From: Eledone cirrhosa
Taxonomy: Eukaryota
NCBI GenBank assembly: GCA_964016885.1
Contig: OZ024745.1
Span: 113,522,001 to 113,586,000, forward strand
Reading direction: 5' to 3'
Length of the DNA stretch: 64,000 nucleotides
A program made the translations under genes and the position numbers. Of this stretch, positions 1 through 14,852 are shown piece after piece. The first letter of the stretch is position 1; every line of letters begins with the position of its first letter. The notes below the pieces were generated by a model, which saw only the letters and a list, made by a program, of their open reading frames with translations, ran no database searches and had not been told where the DNA came from.

Positions 1-424
1 CCCAGTGCACCGTCTTTCCTCACTTAAAAAATATGCTCACGTACAGGCATTGCACGGTAGTCCCTTTACGATCTGAGTTCAAATCCCCCCGAGGTTGACT
101 TTGCCTTTCATCCTTACGGGGTCGATAAAATAAAGTACCAGTATGATTATATGCATGCGTGTGGATGTGTATTTAGGTTTGCATCTATTTGCACGAATGT
201 ATATTTTGGTTAGATATCAATATAACTGTACCTCTCTCTATATGTGGTGTGAATATATGCACTTAGCCTTGTGCCTAAAGTAGAAACAATGAATTAATAA
301 TTATTAGTAATGTTATATCGTGCAATGGCCATAGTCGATAACGAGGGGACAACCATCATGTATGTCTGTCTGAATGTATATGTGTATCAATGTTTTTTTT
401 TCCATAGTATTCAATACCTATAAA

Positions 425-784
425 TAATTGTTTCTACTTTTGGCACAAGGCCACCCCGTAAGGATGAAAGGCAAAGTTAACCTTGACGGGATTTGAACTC
501 ATACCACAACGGTCCGTAACTCTTTGCTGCAAAACATGGTGTCCGACTCTCTACCGATACTGCAAATCCACCGCCAATACCTATAAATAATAATAATTGT
601 TTCTACTTTTGGCACAAGGCCAGCAATTATCCAGTGCATTACTGGTACTTTATTTTATCGACCCCGTAAGGATGAAAGGCAAAGTTAACCTCGGCGGGAT
701 TTGAACTCAGAATGGCAAGGGCAGTAACTCTATGCGTCAAAGCATGACGTTCAACCCTCTACCGATACTGCAAATTCACCGCCC
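425..784 (-). mobile_element. Two adjacent tRNA-derived SINE copies
   Basis: Reverse complement of the SINE at 5279; caatacctataaataat repeated at ~412 and ~575 as a target-site duplication. Confidence 0.8.
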
Positions 785-1109
785 TATAAATAATCATAAT
801 ATAGTACTATCATTACTTTTTTTTAGTTTATGAGCTCTCTCCTTAATTTACTCATACTTCTATATCTATCACTCTAAATATCTGTTGAATTGAATATAAT
901 ATATGTGATATGGCTAGTATTGATTTCTCTCTTGCCTGCCATCATAAATATTCTCTTCATCCGAAGGCAGTGTTCACATAATCTGATCATATGACCTCGA
1001 TCCTATATTTATGATTATATCTGAGTAAAAAGGAATTATGAAATAGCAACATAATATACGTCTACAACAGATAGACAGCCATGTACTTGTATTATTAATA
1101 AATCTGTGA

Positions 1110-1310
1110 GGGCGGTGGGTTGTCAGTATCGGTAGAGCATCGGTCAAAATACTTTGCGGCATTTAGTTGCGTCTCTTTACATTTTGAGTTCAAATCTTGC
1201 TGAGGTTAACTTGGCCTTTCATGCTTACGAGGTCGATAAAATAAAGTATTAGTAACGCACTGGGGTCGATTTAATCGACTTTCCCCACCAAAAAATCTTG
1301 TGCTGAAATC
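1110..1310 (+). mobile_element. tRNA-derived SINE (diverged); another interrupted copy at ~47-290
   Basis: A-box-like head, gagttcaaat B-box, cctttcat..ggtcgataaaataaagta core. Confidence 0.7.
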
Positions 1311-1666
1311 AAATCTCATTATGAATAAATATGTATATAAAGAATTTCGCTTCGTTCTCATGAAGATCTGAGTTCTGTTCGACTGCAAGGTATCTAAGAC
1401 AAGTGTTATTATCCTTAACCCATAAAGAGAAGAAAACTGTATAGAAGTTCGTCCGATGACGCATGAACAGCTTGATTGAGGTATGACCTCGACGCTGACA
1501 TTTCTCTTTGACGGCGCCCCCTCACCAGATGGTCATAAATAGACTTAATAATCAACACTTGAGGGCGGCCGACAGAGGTAGAAGCTGCTAAATAGTCGGT
1601 CGTACTCTCGTCTCTGATTTTTAGCCCCATGGATTTATTATGTTATATTCCTTTGTTATATTTTGA

Positions 1667-1724
1667 ATACCTGACGATGTCACCGGATTCATAGTGAACC
1701 CGGTCATTGAAATGATTATAGTAT
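1667..1724 (+). ncRNA. Minimal hammerhead motif
   Basis: atac-CTGACGA-[accgg/ccggt stem]-GAAA-tgatt-ATA^gtat followed by aataaa. Confidence 0.55.
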
Positions 1725-1768
1725 AATAAATCTTTCAAGGATTTACACCAGTCCAGCCTCCTGTTATT

Positions 1769-1848
<80 letters not shown>

Positions 1849-2734
1849 TTAAAACGATGAAATAAATATATATATATATATAAGTTAAAACAATGAAATA
1901 AAAAATCAAGTCATTAGAGATATACTTCACTGCTTTACGATCGTTTCTAGATGGTGATAATACATTGTATCTATACTCAGTTATTGATCTATGTAAGTTT
2001 ACAAACTATCATATAGAGAGAATACTTACTTACATGCATATCACCAGCTGTTTTCAAAAGCAATAATAATTTTATTCAATAATAATTTTACTCAGAAGTA
2101 GTATCATGTCCATATTTGGAGGTAGTTGAAGAACTAATGAATCAAATTGTTTTTTTCATACGGTGTTAAGATGAAAAGTAATACACTTTAGTTGAGGTCA
2201 TGACCCTGTGAAAGGAATGGTTGAAAGGTGTTAGTAGAAAGGGCATAAAAATCTATTAGGAAGGAAGGGGATTGTCAAACTGATAGTTGAGTGTATCTTG
2301 TATAGTGAATTTAAAAGGAATGTCAAAATAAATGGTGATTAGTGTTGTATTGAGTTTTAAGGTGAATATAAATTAATGTTATGGTAGGAAAGATAGTATA
2401 TTAAAAGATGAAAATTATAATAAGATAATGAGATATAGTAATGCGATAATATACAACTTAATCAACACAATATAGTGCGATGTGGTAAATTGCACTCAGT
2501 ATAATATAACATATTATACGCTCTAAAATATTACTAAATATTACCAAATATTACTAAGTATGCATAAACAATCAAACTCAGATAAGTACATGTTGGCATA
2601 GTTAAAACAAATAAATTTCAGTCTACAAAGTGCATATATTCACACCACATATAGAGAGAGGTACAGTTATATTGATATCTAACCAAAATATACATTCGTG
2701 CAAATAGATGCAAACCTAAATACACATCCACACG

Positions 2735-2835
2735 CATGCATATAATCATATATATACATATCCATACATATCTATATCCATGCATACACATCTATACCCC
2801 CATATATACATATACATATACACATACATATACAT

Positions 2836-2879
<44 letters not shown>

Positions 2880-2977
2880 GCGCACTCATACATACATATA
2901 TATATACATGTACATACATATTCACACACACATACATACATATATACATATATACATACATATATACACACATATAC

Positions 2978-3041
<64 letters not shown>

Positions 3042-3183
3042 CACACATACACATATATATACACACACTTGTGTGAGCATATGTACACCCCTCTTACATG
3101 TGCACATACTCATATATAAACATTCATACACCTATGCTCACATATACACACACACAAACACATATATATATATATACACACAT

Positions 3184-3216
<33 letters not shown>

Positions 3217-3238
3217 CATATACACATATATATACACA

Positions 3239-3316
<78 letters not shown>

Positions 3317-3445
3317 CATACATATACATACATATACATACATACACATATACATACATACAAACATACATACACAAGCATATACACATATACACATATA
3401 CACATACATAAACATATATACATACATGTATATATATATATTATT
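2735..3445. repeat. Compound (TA)n/(CA)n/(TACA)n microsatellite field, representative of dozens in the window
   Basis: Read directly. Confidence 0.95.
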
Positions 3446-3554
3446 AGAAATATAAGCTATCGCCGTATTTTGACTAAAGAAATTAAAGAAATTATTTAGC
3501 CTGATAGTGGGGTTAAGAACCCTGGGAGAAATGGAAAAAGATGAGTATTGACGT

Positions 3555-3632
<78 letters not shown>

Positions 3633-3779
3633 AATATATACACACATAAATATATTTCCATATCATACATAGATGTTTAATTTTACTCATACCAATTACG
3701 GGTGGCTGTGTATCTTAACGCATAAATCTAAGGAAGCTAAAACATTAAAGGCAAAAATAAGCATGAAAGCATATAATTA

Positions 3780-4068
<289 letters not shown>

Positions 4069-4159
4069 TATATATTTCGTTTCTGAATTTGTTTAGCAAG
4101 ATTCTTTATCTGAAATCGTGTGTTGAAACCGATATTGTTATACTTTGGGAGGAATCCCC

Positions 4160-4204
4160 AGTCACTGAAGAGGTCACAGAGTGTGTGACGAAAGGACTAT
4201 GACT
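4160..4204 (+). ncRNA. Minimal type I hammerhead ribozyme (Penelope-type)
   Basis: agtca-CTGAAGA-g-gtcac-agagtgt-gtgac-GAAA-gga-CTA^tgact; stems I and II perfectly paired, 2-bp stem III. Confidence 0.7.
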
Positions 4205-4415
4205 ATATATAAACAACTATCTGGTTGCGGAACCAACGAACCAACCAGAAATTTATAAGTTTGTAGATTTGTAAATTTATAAATTTATAAATATATAATA
4301 AATTGAAGTGAAAGCTACTGGTGCGTGTGTTTCTTATTGGCAACATGACCCTCCCAAAGTATAACAATATATATATATATATATATAAATATATATATAT
4401 ATACATATATATATA

Positions 4416-4563
<148 letters not shown>

Positions 4564-4795
4564 TGATCTGTATATAAGCTAATATTCTATGTTAATAAGA
4601 CTCTGATGAAACCGATTTTGAGCCTATTTCTGATGTTTGAAGTATGAAATCATAATGGAACCTTGGATATAAACTCTTTCTTCTTAAGAAAATTCTAAGA
4701 TTCCTGATTTTATAATCTCATATCCTTGGGATGAATCTCTATCGGTTGAAAGATGTGTTAGTTTGGCAACATATCTACTCTTTGGTGTTTATTAA

Positions 4796-4846
<51 letters not shown>

Positions 4847-4851
<5 letters not shown>

Positions 4852-5044
4852 AACAAGTAAGACCCCGACGGCTGAGCTCAAGCCGTTTCGACGGCTAATT
4901 CTAGACTCCAGAATTAGCCGTCGAAACGGCTTGAGCTCAGCCGTCGGGGTCTTACTTGTTCCTATTACCCACTCTACTACCCTAAGTATTGAGTACTTTG
5001 GTGCGTTATGGTCCACCTGGTTCCTTACCACATTTCCTTCGGAA
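4847..5044 (+). mobile_element. Fold-back element, family B (3' half of hammerhead, GAAAC-ggct..agcc-GTC)
   Basis: Perfect ~56-bp arms 4847-4965 plus a unique 3' tail; inside (TA)n; related copies at 21975, 50553, 61031. Confidence 0.7.
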
Positions 5045-5068
5045 ATATATATATATATATATATACAC

Positions 5069-5128
<60 letters not shown>

Positions 5129-5278
5129 ATGTGGGGGAGGCGTGCGTGTATGTGTGTGTGTGTGTGTGACGGAGAGAGAGAGTACGCGGGCACCTGTGTG
5201 TGTATGTGTACACACATATGGACGGAATATCTTAGCTGACATACTCCTAAAGTTTCGTTATTACTGACACAACCAATG

Positions 5279-5664
5279 GGCGGTGGATTGGCAGTATCGG
5301 TAGAGGGTCGGACGCCATGTTTTGACGCATAGAGTTACGGCCCTTGTCATTCTGAGTTCAAATCCCGCCGAGGTTAACTTTGCCTTTCATCCTTACGGGG
5401 TTGATAAAATAAAGTACCAGTAATGTACTGGCTAATTTCTGGCCTTGTGCCAAAAGTAGTAACAATTATTTAGGGTGGTGGATTGGCAGTATCGGTAGAG
5501 GGTCGGACGCCATGCTTTGATGCATAGAGTTACGGCCCTTGCCATTCTGAGTTCAAATCCCGCCGAGGTTAACTTTGCCTTTCATCCTTACGGGGTTGAT
5601 AAAATAAAGTACCAGTAATGTACTGGTTTATTTCTGGCCTTGTGCCAAAAGTAGAAACAATTAT
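5279..5664 (+). mobile_element. Head-to-tail dimer of the ~190-bp tRNA-derived SINE
   Basis: tggcagtatcggtag A-box and gagttcaaatccc B-box twice; whole dimer flanked by ttattactgacacaacc (5258-5274 and 5661-5677). Confidence 0.85.
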
Positions 5665-5912
5665 TACTGACACAACCTTTTAGAAATTGAAAATATCTAA
5701 TATTTCTCCACTGCTTCACAATACACTGATGAATTGTTCTGATATTTAATTTCCCAGTCACCAACTGCCTATAAATTCGTAAAATTCACTAGTATGCAAA
5801 TATCTATGTTTAGAAAAAAATAATTAAGAAATTCAATAGTTAAATACGTGTCTATCCATTTAAGATTTGATATTTTAATATAATTTCGCTTGCAAAGAGA
5901 CCATTTTATGAT

Positions 5913-6011
<99 letters not shown>

Positions 6012-6208
6012 CTATGTATGTATGTGTGCGTATGTATATGTATATATATATATGTATATATGTTTGTATGTGTGGTGTGTGTATGTGTGGTGTGTGTATG
6101 TATATATATATATATATGCGAGGTCTATATATATATGCATGCATGTATGTGTGTATATATATAGTGACGAAACATAAGTCAATTGTATGAACTCATAATC
6201 CTTTATTT

Positions 6209-6264
6209 ACTGCTATATATATTTCGATGATAGCCATTGTATGGCTATGACCTCATCAGCCAGT
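6209..6264 (-). ncRNA. Minimal hammerhead motif at the 3' end of a decayed Penelope-like fragment
   Basis: - strand: actgg-CTGATGA-ggtc-atagccat-aca-atggctat-catc-GAAA-tatat-ATA^gcagt-aaataaa. Upstream on the - strand a decayed LPDGLN peptide (~6430-6450) resembles the PxGLN end of PLE GIY-YIG ORFs. Confidence 0.55.
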
Positions 6265-6683
6265 CAGTAAGTTCTTAGATATGCCAGCTCTGGGTTTTTG
6301 GTGTTGATGGTATCAGAGCCTTGGGACATATGAGCTTGTTAGGGATAATTTAATGTTGTCAGCAGGAATAATCTTAATTCTCATTGGTCATTGGTCAATT
6401 CTCAAAAAGGCTGGTGGTGTTGTGCAGTTCAAACCGTCAGGCAAGATGACAATAGTTCCACATGACTGATTTTCACAAAAAGCATTCCTGGTCAGATATA
6501 TATTCAATTGATGTTTATAGTATGAAATTCGATACTACAGGGGAATTCGATACTAAATTGAGGAATTTATGTGGGATGGTAATACTGAAAATGATGGTTA
6601 GTGTCAAATACTTAGAAAGTTTCCATATAAAAAGACTTATGTTGGTTGACTTGTATATACACTCACACCCACCCCCACAGACA

Positions 6684-6766
<83 letters not shown>

Positions 6767-7966
6767 CTACACGCACAAATCCATACAGATGTGTATATAT
6801 ATGTATGTACACACAAGTGCGTATATATATACAAAAGAGGCCCCCAAATCCAAGTATATGGCAGACATAAAATGAGGTGGGTGTTAATTTTAAAGGAAAG
6901 TAAAGTGGGTGTTTGCAAAAAAGAAAAAAATATTGTTTAGACTAGACAAAAGTAGGGTGTGATATATATCTCCACAGCAATAGCTTAGGGGCTTTGGAGC
7001 TTAGGCGAATCCCTTAGTACAGACATATACAGGTACACGCACCCACCCACACTTGTATACCCCTGGATGGGTGTGTATCTCTATATACACATGTGCATTC
7101 ATACAAGAGAGCATACACAAATATACTCTTAAGCACACACTCGAACATTTTTCAAATGCAACCTGGGGTATTAGTATTTCGTATAAGGATGAAAGGCAAA
7201 GTTATTCTTGGCGGGATTTGAACTCAGACCATAAAGGGACGTAACTCTATGCTGCAAAGCATAGTGTCCAACGCTCTACCAATACTGTCTACGGACTGAT
7301 TTGACTGAAACCTACTCGAGTTACATATCTTAAGATACAACATTTTGTATTTATTTGGAGTCATATCCCTTTCTTGTACCTGGGTGTACACAACTGCACA
7401 CGTATGCTCATAAACACTCGCTGAGTACTCCTCAAAAGAGTCATGTAGAAAGACGAGTTACATATATATATATATATATAGTAATAATAATAAATTTGAA
7501 GACTAAAATCCAAAGAGGGCTCGACAAGGATAAATATATATTAAATATATAAGAACCGTAGAGCAAATATTTATTAAAATAACAGATTAAAGTTTAAGCA
7601 AAGAATCGCTGCTTCCACCCTTAACGGGATCTTCTGAAACTAACAAAGTCAATCTGTAAACGCAGAAGTGGATATTTCAAAAAAATATCCACTTCTGCGT
7701 AAAATGAAGGCGTAAAATGAAAGTTCAAAAGTTTGAGTGAAATATGCTTGCAATCCGAATTACTTCTTTTTGCGCAAAGAGATACTAAACCCAGTTAATA
7801 TTTACAATTCCTGTCAGACAACAATAACTTTAACATTTTAATAGCTTTGAAATGTGCATAACAGGTGTTATGTAAGCCAAGGTAAATAAAGTGTAAAATG
7901 TAAATGTAAAATCGTCTCTTATTCTTACTTCATATGCATTCATATATATCTAAATATTATTTCACA

Positions 7967-8154
7967 GCGGTGGATTGGCAGTATCGGTAGAGGGTTGGAT
8001 GCCATGCTTTCCAGCATAGTTACGTCTCTTTACGATCTGAGTTCAAATCCCACCGAGGTTGACTTTGCCTTTCATCCTTACGGGGTCGATAAAATAAAGT
8101 ACCAGTAATGCACTGGGTATTTGCTGGGCTTGTGCCTAAAGTAGAAACAATTAT
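7967..8154 (+). mobile_element. tRNA-derived SINE
   Basis: Same family; partial copies also at ~7180-7290(-), 9960-10070(+), 16549-16640(-), 24700-24885(+), 37190-37295(+), 39385-39493(-), 44850-44975(+), 63475-63600(-). Confidence 0.85.
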
Positions 8155-8157
8155 TTC

Positions 8158-8370
8158 ATATAGAAATGACTTCTACAGAACTATAACTGTTCCATTCGTA
8201 TAAAATCATCAGGAAAGGGCATCCCTGATGATTCCGTATGAATGAAACAGTTCTAGTACTTTAGAAGTCATTTCTATGACATAAAAATTGCTTATACTCT
8301 CTCAATCTGCTGAATAACATTTTTATCTGTGGCTACAACATCCCTCCCCACCCTGGCACATCTCGGGAAT
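8158..8370 (+). mobile_element. Fold-back hammerhead element, family A (diverged)
   Basis: Inverted repeat 8158-8278, CTGATGA at 8225, GAAAC at 8244; similar to 52278-52470. Confidence 0.6.
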
Positions 8371-8858
8371 CTATATTATATGTATATATAGAGAGAGTGT
8401 GTATGAATATGAAGGGATTTCAAGTGTAAATAAATATACTGTATATATATTGGTGAATACATTTAAATTGAATATGAATGCTTCTGTACATATTGAAAGA
8501 CATATCATCTATTGATATGAAGCTTGCTGTCTATCAATGACGCCAATTCTTCAGAGATATGTCTGATTATTTCGAAATTACATTTGTCGATATTATGAGT
8601 CAATGGGAGATGATGAAAAATATTCTCACTCTATATTAAGATTGTACAGCTATTTTCTCTCCGTTGGTCACATAAATGCAATAACCAGGTATTTTGTGTC
8701 TGAGATTTAGAATTTATGAAACACAATTAAAGGTATGAAATATAGAGAAAGCAGATGTTCTAGGTAATTTCATTAATGGCAGTAGTCAACGTTCTTTACC
8801 ACCTATGTTGTTTGTCTGTATGCCCGACGCACTCTCTTTAGCTTCCACTCTCTCTCTC

Positions 8859-9032
<174 letters not shown>

Positions 9033-9179
9033 TGTATGTATGTATGTATGGATATATATATTTACATATATATATATGTGTGTGTGTGTGTGTGTTGGCA
9101 GAGAACAAAACAAAAACAAGGGGTTCAGTTACGAACAGTGTTGATATATATATATATTGTTATTTCTGTTTACCTTTAC

Positions 9180-9287
<108 letters not shown>

Positions 9288-10605
9288 AGTGGTTTTGTGT
9301 ATGTTTGGTAAGTGTCATTTAATATAATCTCATGTCGAGCCAAGCATTTTGAGTGAAATCGAGTTGACGTAAACTATTTGGATGCATTTTACCTACAATT
9401 CAAAGAACCAATCTTATCACATGAAGTTTCACACCTAATCCCCATGAAAATGATGTTTAGGCAATACGTGCCATTGGAAAGCTCAGCCACATAAACTTTG
9501 ATTTCATGAAAAGTTTGTTCCTTTGAATGAAGAATTGGAACACAGTCGAAAACGATTACAAAGAATTTTCAGTTTTCGAACTGTGTTGCTACAATTCAGT
9601 GAGAGCTGTATCAATTAATATCCTATATTTTGCTGTATGTTGACTGATATAATGACAATTATATGTCAAGGTCAATACAACTTTTAAACTGGTGACACAC
9701 TTTTTGGAAACCATTTTTTTTCCGCTAGACATTAGTTAGGTTTTCTTAGTGATACGAAATTATATGATAAAATATATATTCTCAAATAAATGTCAGTTCA
9801 ATGTCAGCCATCACCGATCCTAATTGTGCATGGCCAAGGTCATTTAAATACATGTATCAAATAAGAGAGGGCGCACAGGAATAGAGAAAAATAGTCCGCT
9901 AACAAAACTCGAGCCCCGTATCTCTCAATTGATAGGAGTTCATATTGTTTGTATCATTTATCCCGCCGAGGTTAACTTTGCCTTTCATCCTTACGGGGTC
10001 GATAAAATAAAGTACCAGTAATACACTGGTATAATTTCTGGTCGTGTGCCAAAAGTAGAAACAATTATTTAGAATAATGGTGGTATATTCGAAGAATTGA
10101 TAGAGCGTCACATAAAATGCCATTCTGATATTTTTTCTGGCTCGTTGTATTTGGAGTTCAACTTTGCCTTTCATAATTCCCAGATCGATAAAAATATTAC
10201 CAGTCATATAGTGGAGATGATTAAATCAGCTTGGCCCTTCCATCAACAGATTCTAACATTCTGCCTAAGTTAGAAATCAATATTATTTAGAGTAAAATCC
10301 TCGTCATTTTTGCACACACATCCGGACAGGCATACACACACGCTCGCACAGATATATAGGAATTTACAATCCGGAGCAAAGTATTCAATTAACGATCTGG
10401 ATTCTATTTATTTGAAGTCAATGAGTAAATTCTATGGTTATACTCAGGGTTCATGACTGTGCAGTTAAGAAGTTCCACATGCAACCACATTGTTTCGGAT
10501 TCTATCCTATTGCGTGACAGCATATGCTACTATATTCTACTATACCCTTGGTTTCGCCCATGTCTTCATTGTGGAATTTGGCAATGAGTAGCTGCGTAGA
10601 AGACA

Positions 10606-10711
<106 letters not shown>

Positions 10712-10826
10712 TAGATATACTGAATATAAATATATATATATATACAAACACATATAGACATACAGACACAGACAGACACACACACGCCCCCCCCCCCCCC
10801 CCTCCACACACACACATACACACACT

Positions 10827-10859
<33 letters not shown>

Positions 10860-10942
10860 TTCATTCGCACCGTTTCCTCCCACCCCCTTTTCGCTATATG
10901 TCTCTCCACCACTCCCTTTGAACTCTCTTCCCACACACTTCT

Positions 10943-10976
10943 CACCTGAGGAAGGGCTTATGCCCGAAACGTCGTT
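10943..10976 (+). ncRNA. Minimal hammerhead motif (Penelope-type, stem I decayed)
   Basis: CTGAGGA-a-gggc-ttat-gccc-GAAACGTC; aataaa ~40 nt downstream; element lies between microsatellites. Confidence 0.55.
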
Positions 10977-11062
10977 CCCCACCACCACCCCACTCTCCAG
11001 AGCGTGAAATTAATAAACATTCGTTGTACTGCCTCTCTGTTTTGTTCCTGTTCAAATTTTCC

Positions 11063-11105
<43 letters not shown>

Positions 11106-11252
11106 ATACTTTGGGAGGGTCATGTTGCCAATAAGAAACACACGCACCAGTTGCTTTCACTTCAATTTATTATATATTTATAAATCTATAACAATATCGG
11201 TTTCAATACACGATTTCAGATAAAGAATCTTGCTAAACAAATTCAGAAACGA

Positions 11253-11350
<98 letters not shown>

Positions 11351-11739
11351 TGTTTCTGCGTTTACGTTCACTGTTTCTGGCAAGCCCTATAATTTGACTA
11401 AATTCCTTCAGAGAGTGCCCCAGCGTGGCCACCATTCAATGGCTGTGAAAGAATTATAGAATATACAAATATATAAACATAAACATATAATTGATTTTCT
11501 GTATATGACAAAATAAGACTATGGTAAAGAACAAAATGTGCCTGCTGTAAATCTAGACATTCATTGATCTATTATATTCACCTCTCCTTCTAATATACAG
11601 AAATGATTGATCACCTCATATATTTTGGTTTAAAATCAAATTTTTGCGTACTACATTGATTTAAGTGGTTTGCTGTGTATTTTCTTTTTTTAATTCTCCA
11701 TTTCCTTTTCTGAATGCTGTACATATATATATATATACG

Positions 11740-11772
<33 letters not shown>

Positions 11773-11814
11773 TTTGTTTCTGAATTTATTGGCAACATGA
11801 CCCTCCCAAAGCAT

Positions 11815-11954
<140 letters not shown>

Positions 11955-12098
11955 TTATGGATGGATGCCTGTAGGTACTATATATGTATAGACATATTGT
12001 AGAGTTTTATATATATGTATTTTTGCATCCCTGTGTTTGAATTGATTGATTTGTTCAACTATATATATATATGCGCGCGTGTGTGTGTGTGTATTCAA

Positions 12099-12270
12099 AC
12101 TAGACATGTTTCATTCGTAAGAGAAAATCAAATCGAATTCTTACGAATGAAACAGTTCTATTCTTGTAGAAGTCACTTCTATTATAAAATAAATATGCCT
12201 ATATTCTACTAAGATATTGAGTACTTTATTTAACTGAGGTCACCTCCCAATATAAATCGGGGACCCACCT

Positions 12271-12272
<2 letters not shown>
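12099..12272 (+). mobile_element. Fold-back element, family A (truncated, 3' half of hammerhead only)
   Basis: tgtttcattcgtaaga...tcttacgaatgaaaca inverted repeat, GAAACagttctattcttGTAgaag, tattgagtac tail motif. Confidence 0.55.
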
Positions 12273-12309
<37 letters not shown>

Positions 12310-12632
12310 AAGGCTCTCCGTCGGTTACGACGACGTGTGTTCCACTTGATCGGATTAACGGAACAGCCTGCTCGTGAAATTAACGTGGAAGTGGCTGAGC
12401 ATTTCACAGACAGGTGTACCCATTACATAGTTCTCAGAGAGATTCAGTGTGACACAGTGTGTGACAAGGCTGGTCTTTTGAGCTACAGGTACAACTCATT
12501 TTTGCCAGCTGAGAGAACTGGAGTAACGTGAAATAAAATGTCTTGCTCAAGGACACAATGTGCCGCCGGGAATCGAACTCACGACCTTACGATTGTGAGC
12601 TGAATACCCTAACGACAAAGCTATGCTTCTTC

Positions 12633-12633
<1 letters not shown>
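12310..12633 (-). mobile_element. Second tRNA-derived SINE family
   Basis: - strand head with gagttcgattcc B-box and gtgtccttgagcaagaca core; related head at 30640-30925. Confidence 0.7.
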
Positions 12634-12670
<37 letters not shown>

Positions 12671-14334
12671 TAAAATTACATATACATATATGTGTAGGGG
12701 ATGTATTCAAGTGTGCCTATGTATAAGCAATAAGCATTGTTTACATTTATGCCTTATATATATTCAATAGCAGAGCATGCACGTGCATTTGTTCGTGCGG
12801 ACATATAATTCATATAAAATTTGGCGCCACAACCCATATAAAAGGCCAAATAGCTGAACTAATACGCTCAGATGTTTCATTGCTAATGTATTTACTGTTT
12901 TTATACTTAAGAAATGAAACATCGTCGGTCTGTTTGAGATATCAACTAAGATAGCTACGAAACATACACACACTCTTTCCTTCTGAATAATACAATTGAT
13001 CAATATTTATTGCGTTACATGAAATATATTATATCTTGTTTCAATGAATTCTATCAAGGATACATTATATAACTATATTCTAATAAGCAGTTGAAATCTA
13101 TAATAGAATATTAAATTCAAATGAGGTTTATAAGAAGTCATAGATTCTAAGATAGCAAACGTTTCATTGGATGTTATTCATTCTTTGATAATACTTTCTG
13201 TTGTATGTAGTATATCTTTATATCATTCTATTATTGTGTGAGCTAATTCATTCGTACATTATTGGATTTGAGAGAGTCGAGTAGTATAACTTGGTACAGC
13301 CTCACACAAAATGATTTGCCTTGCAATATTTAGTCTGGTCTCTTCACGTTTTTCATGTAAATCGAATCAATTTGTCTTTGCCATTTGTCTATGCCTAATA
13401 AAATAACTACCTCAAATATACTGGGATTTATTTAATGAACTATTCGAGTGAAAGCATTCAAATGCCTCGGCAGTCCCATTTAAGATAATGGTTGAGTTGA
13501 CCAAGAAATAACATACAGAATGAGCATATTGAGTTACACAAAACAAATTTTCATAAAATATTATTGTAAATTCGCAATATTTCTGAACGGAGAGTTTTGT
13601 GCCCGTAGTCTTGCTTCAAGCTGGTATGAAAATCATTAATTTTTCCGACAGTTTCGTGAGGATTACGCCGGACAACCCTTAAGAGGCAACATATGATTTA
13701 GCCACTCATTTGTATATAATTTCTGAAGCAGTACACTACCATATAATTACCAGAATCCCGTATATTATTTGCAGATATATAAATGTAAGCTTTGGACTTA
13801 GGATAACAATTACAATTCGAAGTTTCAACCTTACGCTCTAATAGATCTCAATATCAGAAATCGGTTAGAATATATATCTTGAACTTACATGGATTATGTA
13901 TCATTAAAGTTGAATAACTGTCAAGAGAATTGGTTATATTCCTATATTTATATGTATTAGTCTGCATCAGGAGATTTTCCAGCATATTCTCTAGAGATCA
14001 GATCTACAAAATGTCATAAATGTGATATATTTATACCTCAGAAAGGCAGAAATACATCACATTCTGCTGAACATATTAGAAAATGGAAACAAAACCGTAT
14101 CATGAATTTGACTGCCAGAAAGAATTTTTATAATTGGTTGAAGACACGCTTACGAATATCTACGTTAAAGATAATGTTAAAGTATGTTCAAATAACATCC
14201 AATGAATTATTTCACTGACTTTGAAGGACGTAATTGACATAGAGTCATATGAATAGCGATTCCCTTTGAGAATTTGAGGTCCTCTCTTAGACCTCACCAT
14301 ATATATATATATATGTGTGTGTATATATATATAT

Positions 14335-14852
14335 ATGGAAAAAATGAAATTTCATTTCTCACGCTTAGTACGGCTGATACTTAAATATGAGTATGTATAC
14401 GTACATACATATATGTATACAGACTACAGTAGTATGTATATAAATACATGCACACATATATATATATATGTAAGTATGGGTTAACCGAACATCGGTTTGT
14501 TTGTAAACAAACAGCCCGAATTAAGCCGTACAGTGTTCGGCAACCATCGTTGCCATTTTGTTCAACACTGACAAAGGAACGATGAACTAGTTTCTAGCTT
14601 ATTAGCTGTCATCAGCACCGTATACCTTCCTCTCAGTTGATTGAACGTTTGAAAGTATATACTTTCCTTATGCATATTAACGGCTGAGCAGCCTAATTTG
14701 CATATCGAGTGAATTACTCTGCTGAGCGTACCGAAAACGATAAATGGAAAAAATGAAATTTCATTTCTCACTCTTAGTACGGCTGATACTTAAATGTAAG
14801 TATGTATACGTACATACACATATGTATACAGACGTACAGTAGTATGTATATA
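14335..14852 (+). repeat. Two ~108-bp direct repeats 409 bp apart
   Basis: atggaaaaaatgaaatttcatttctcac..gtagtatgtatata at 14335-14442 and 14744-14852; inverted relative at ~63350-63392. Confidence 0.7.

Noticed and set aside
5279-5370. tRNA genes
   Set aside because: A and B boxes belong to SINE heads; no complete cloverleaf
8450-8800. Possible decayed Penelope RT on the - strand (SIDDMSF)
   Set aside because: Too degraded to call by eye
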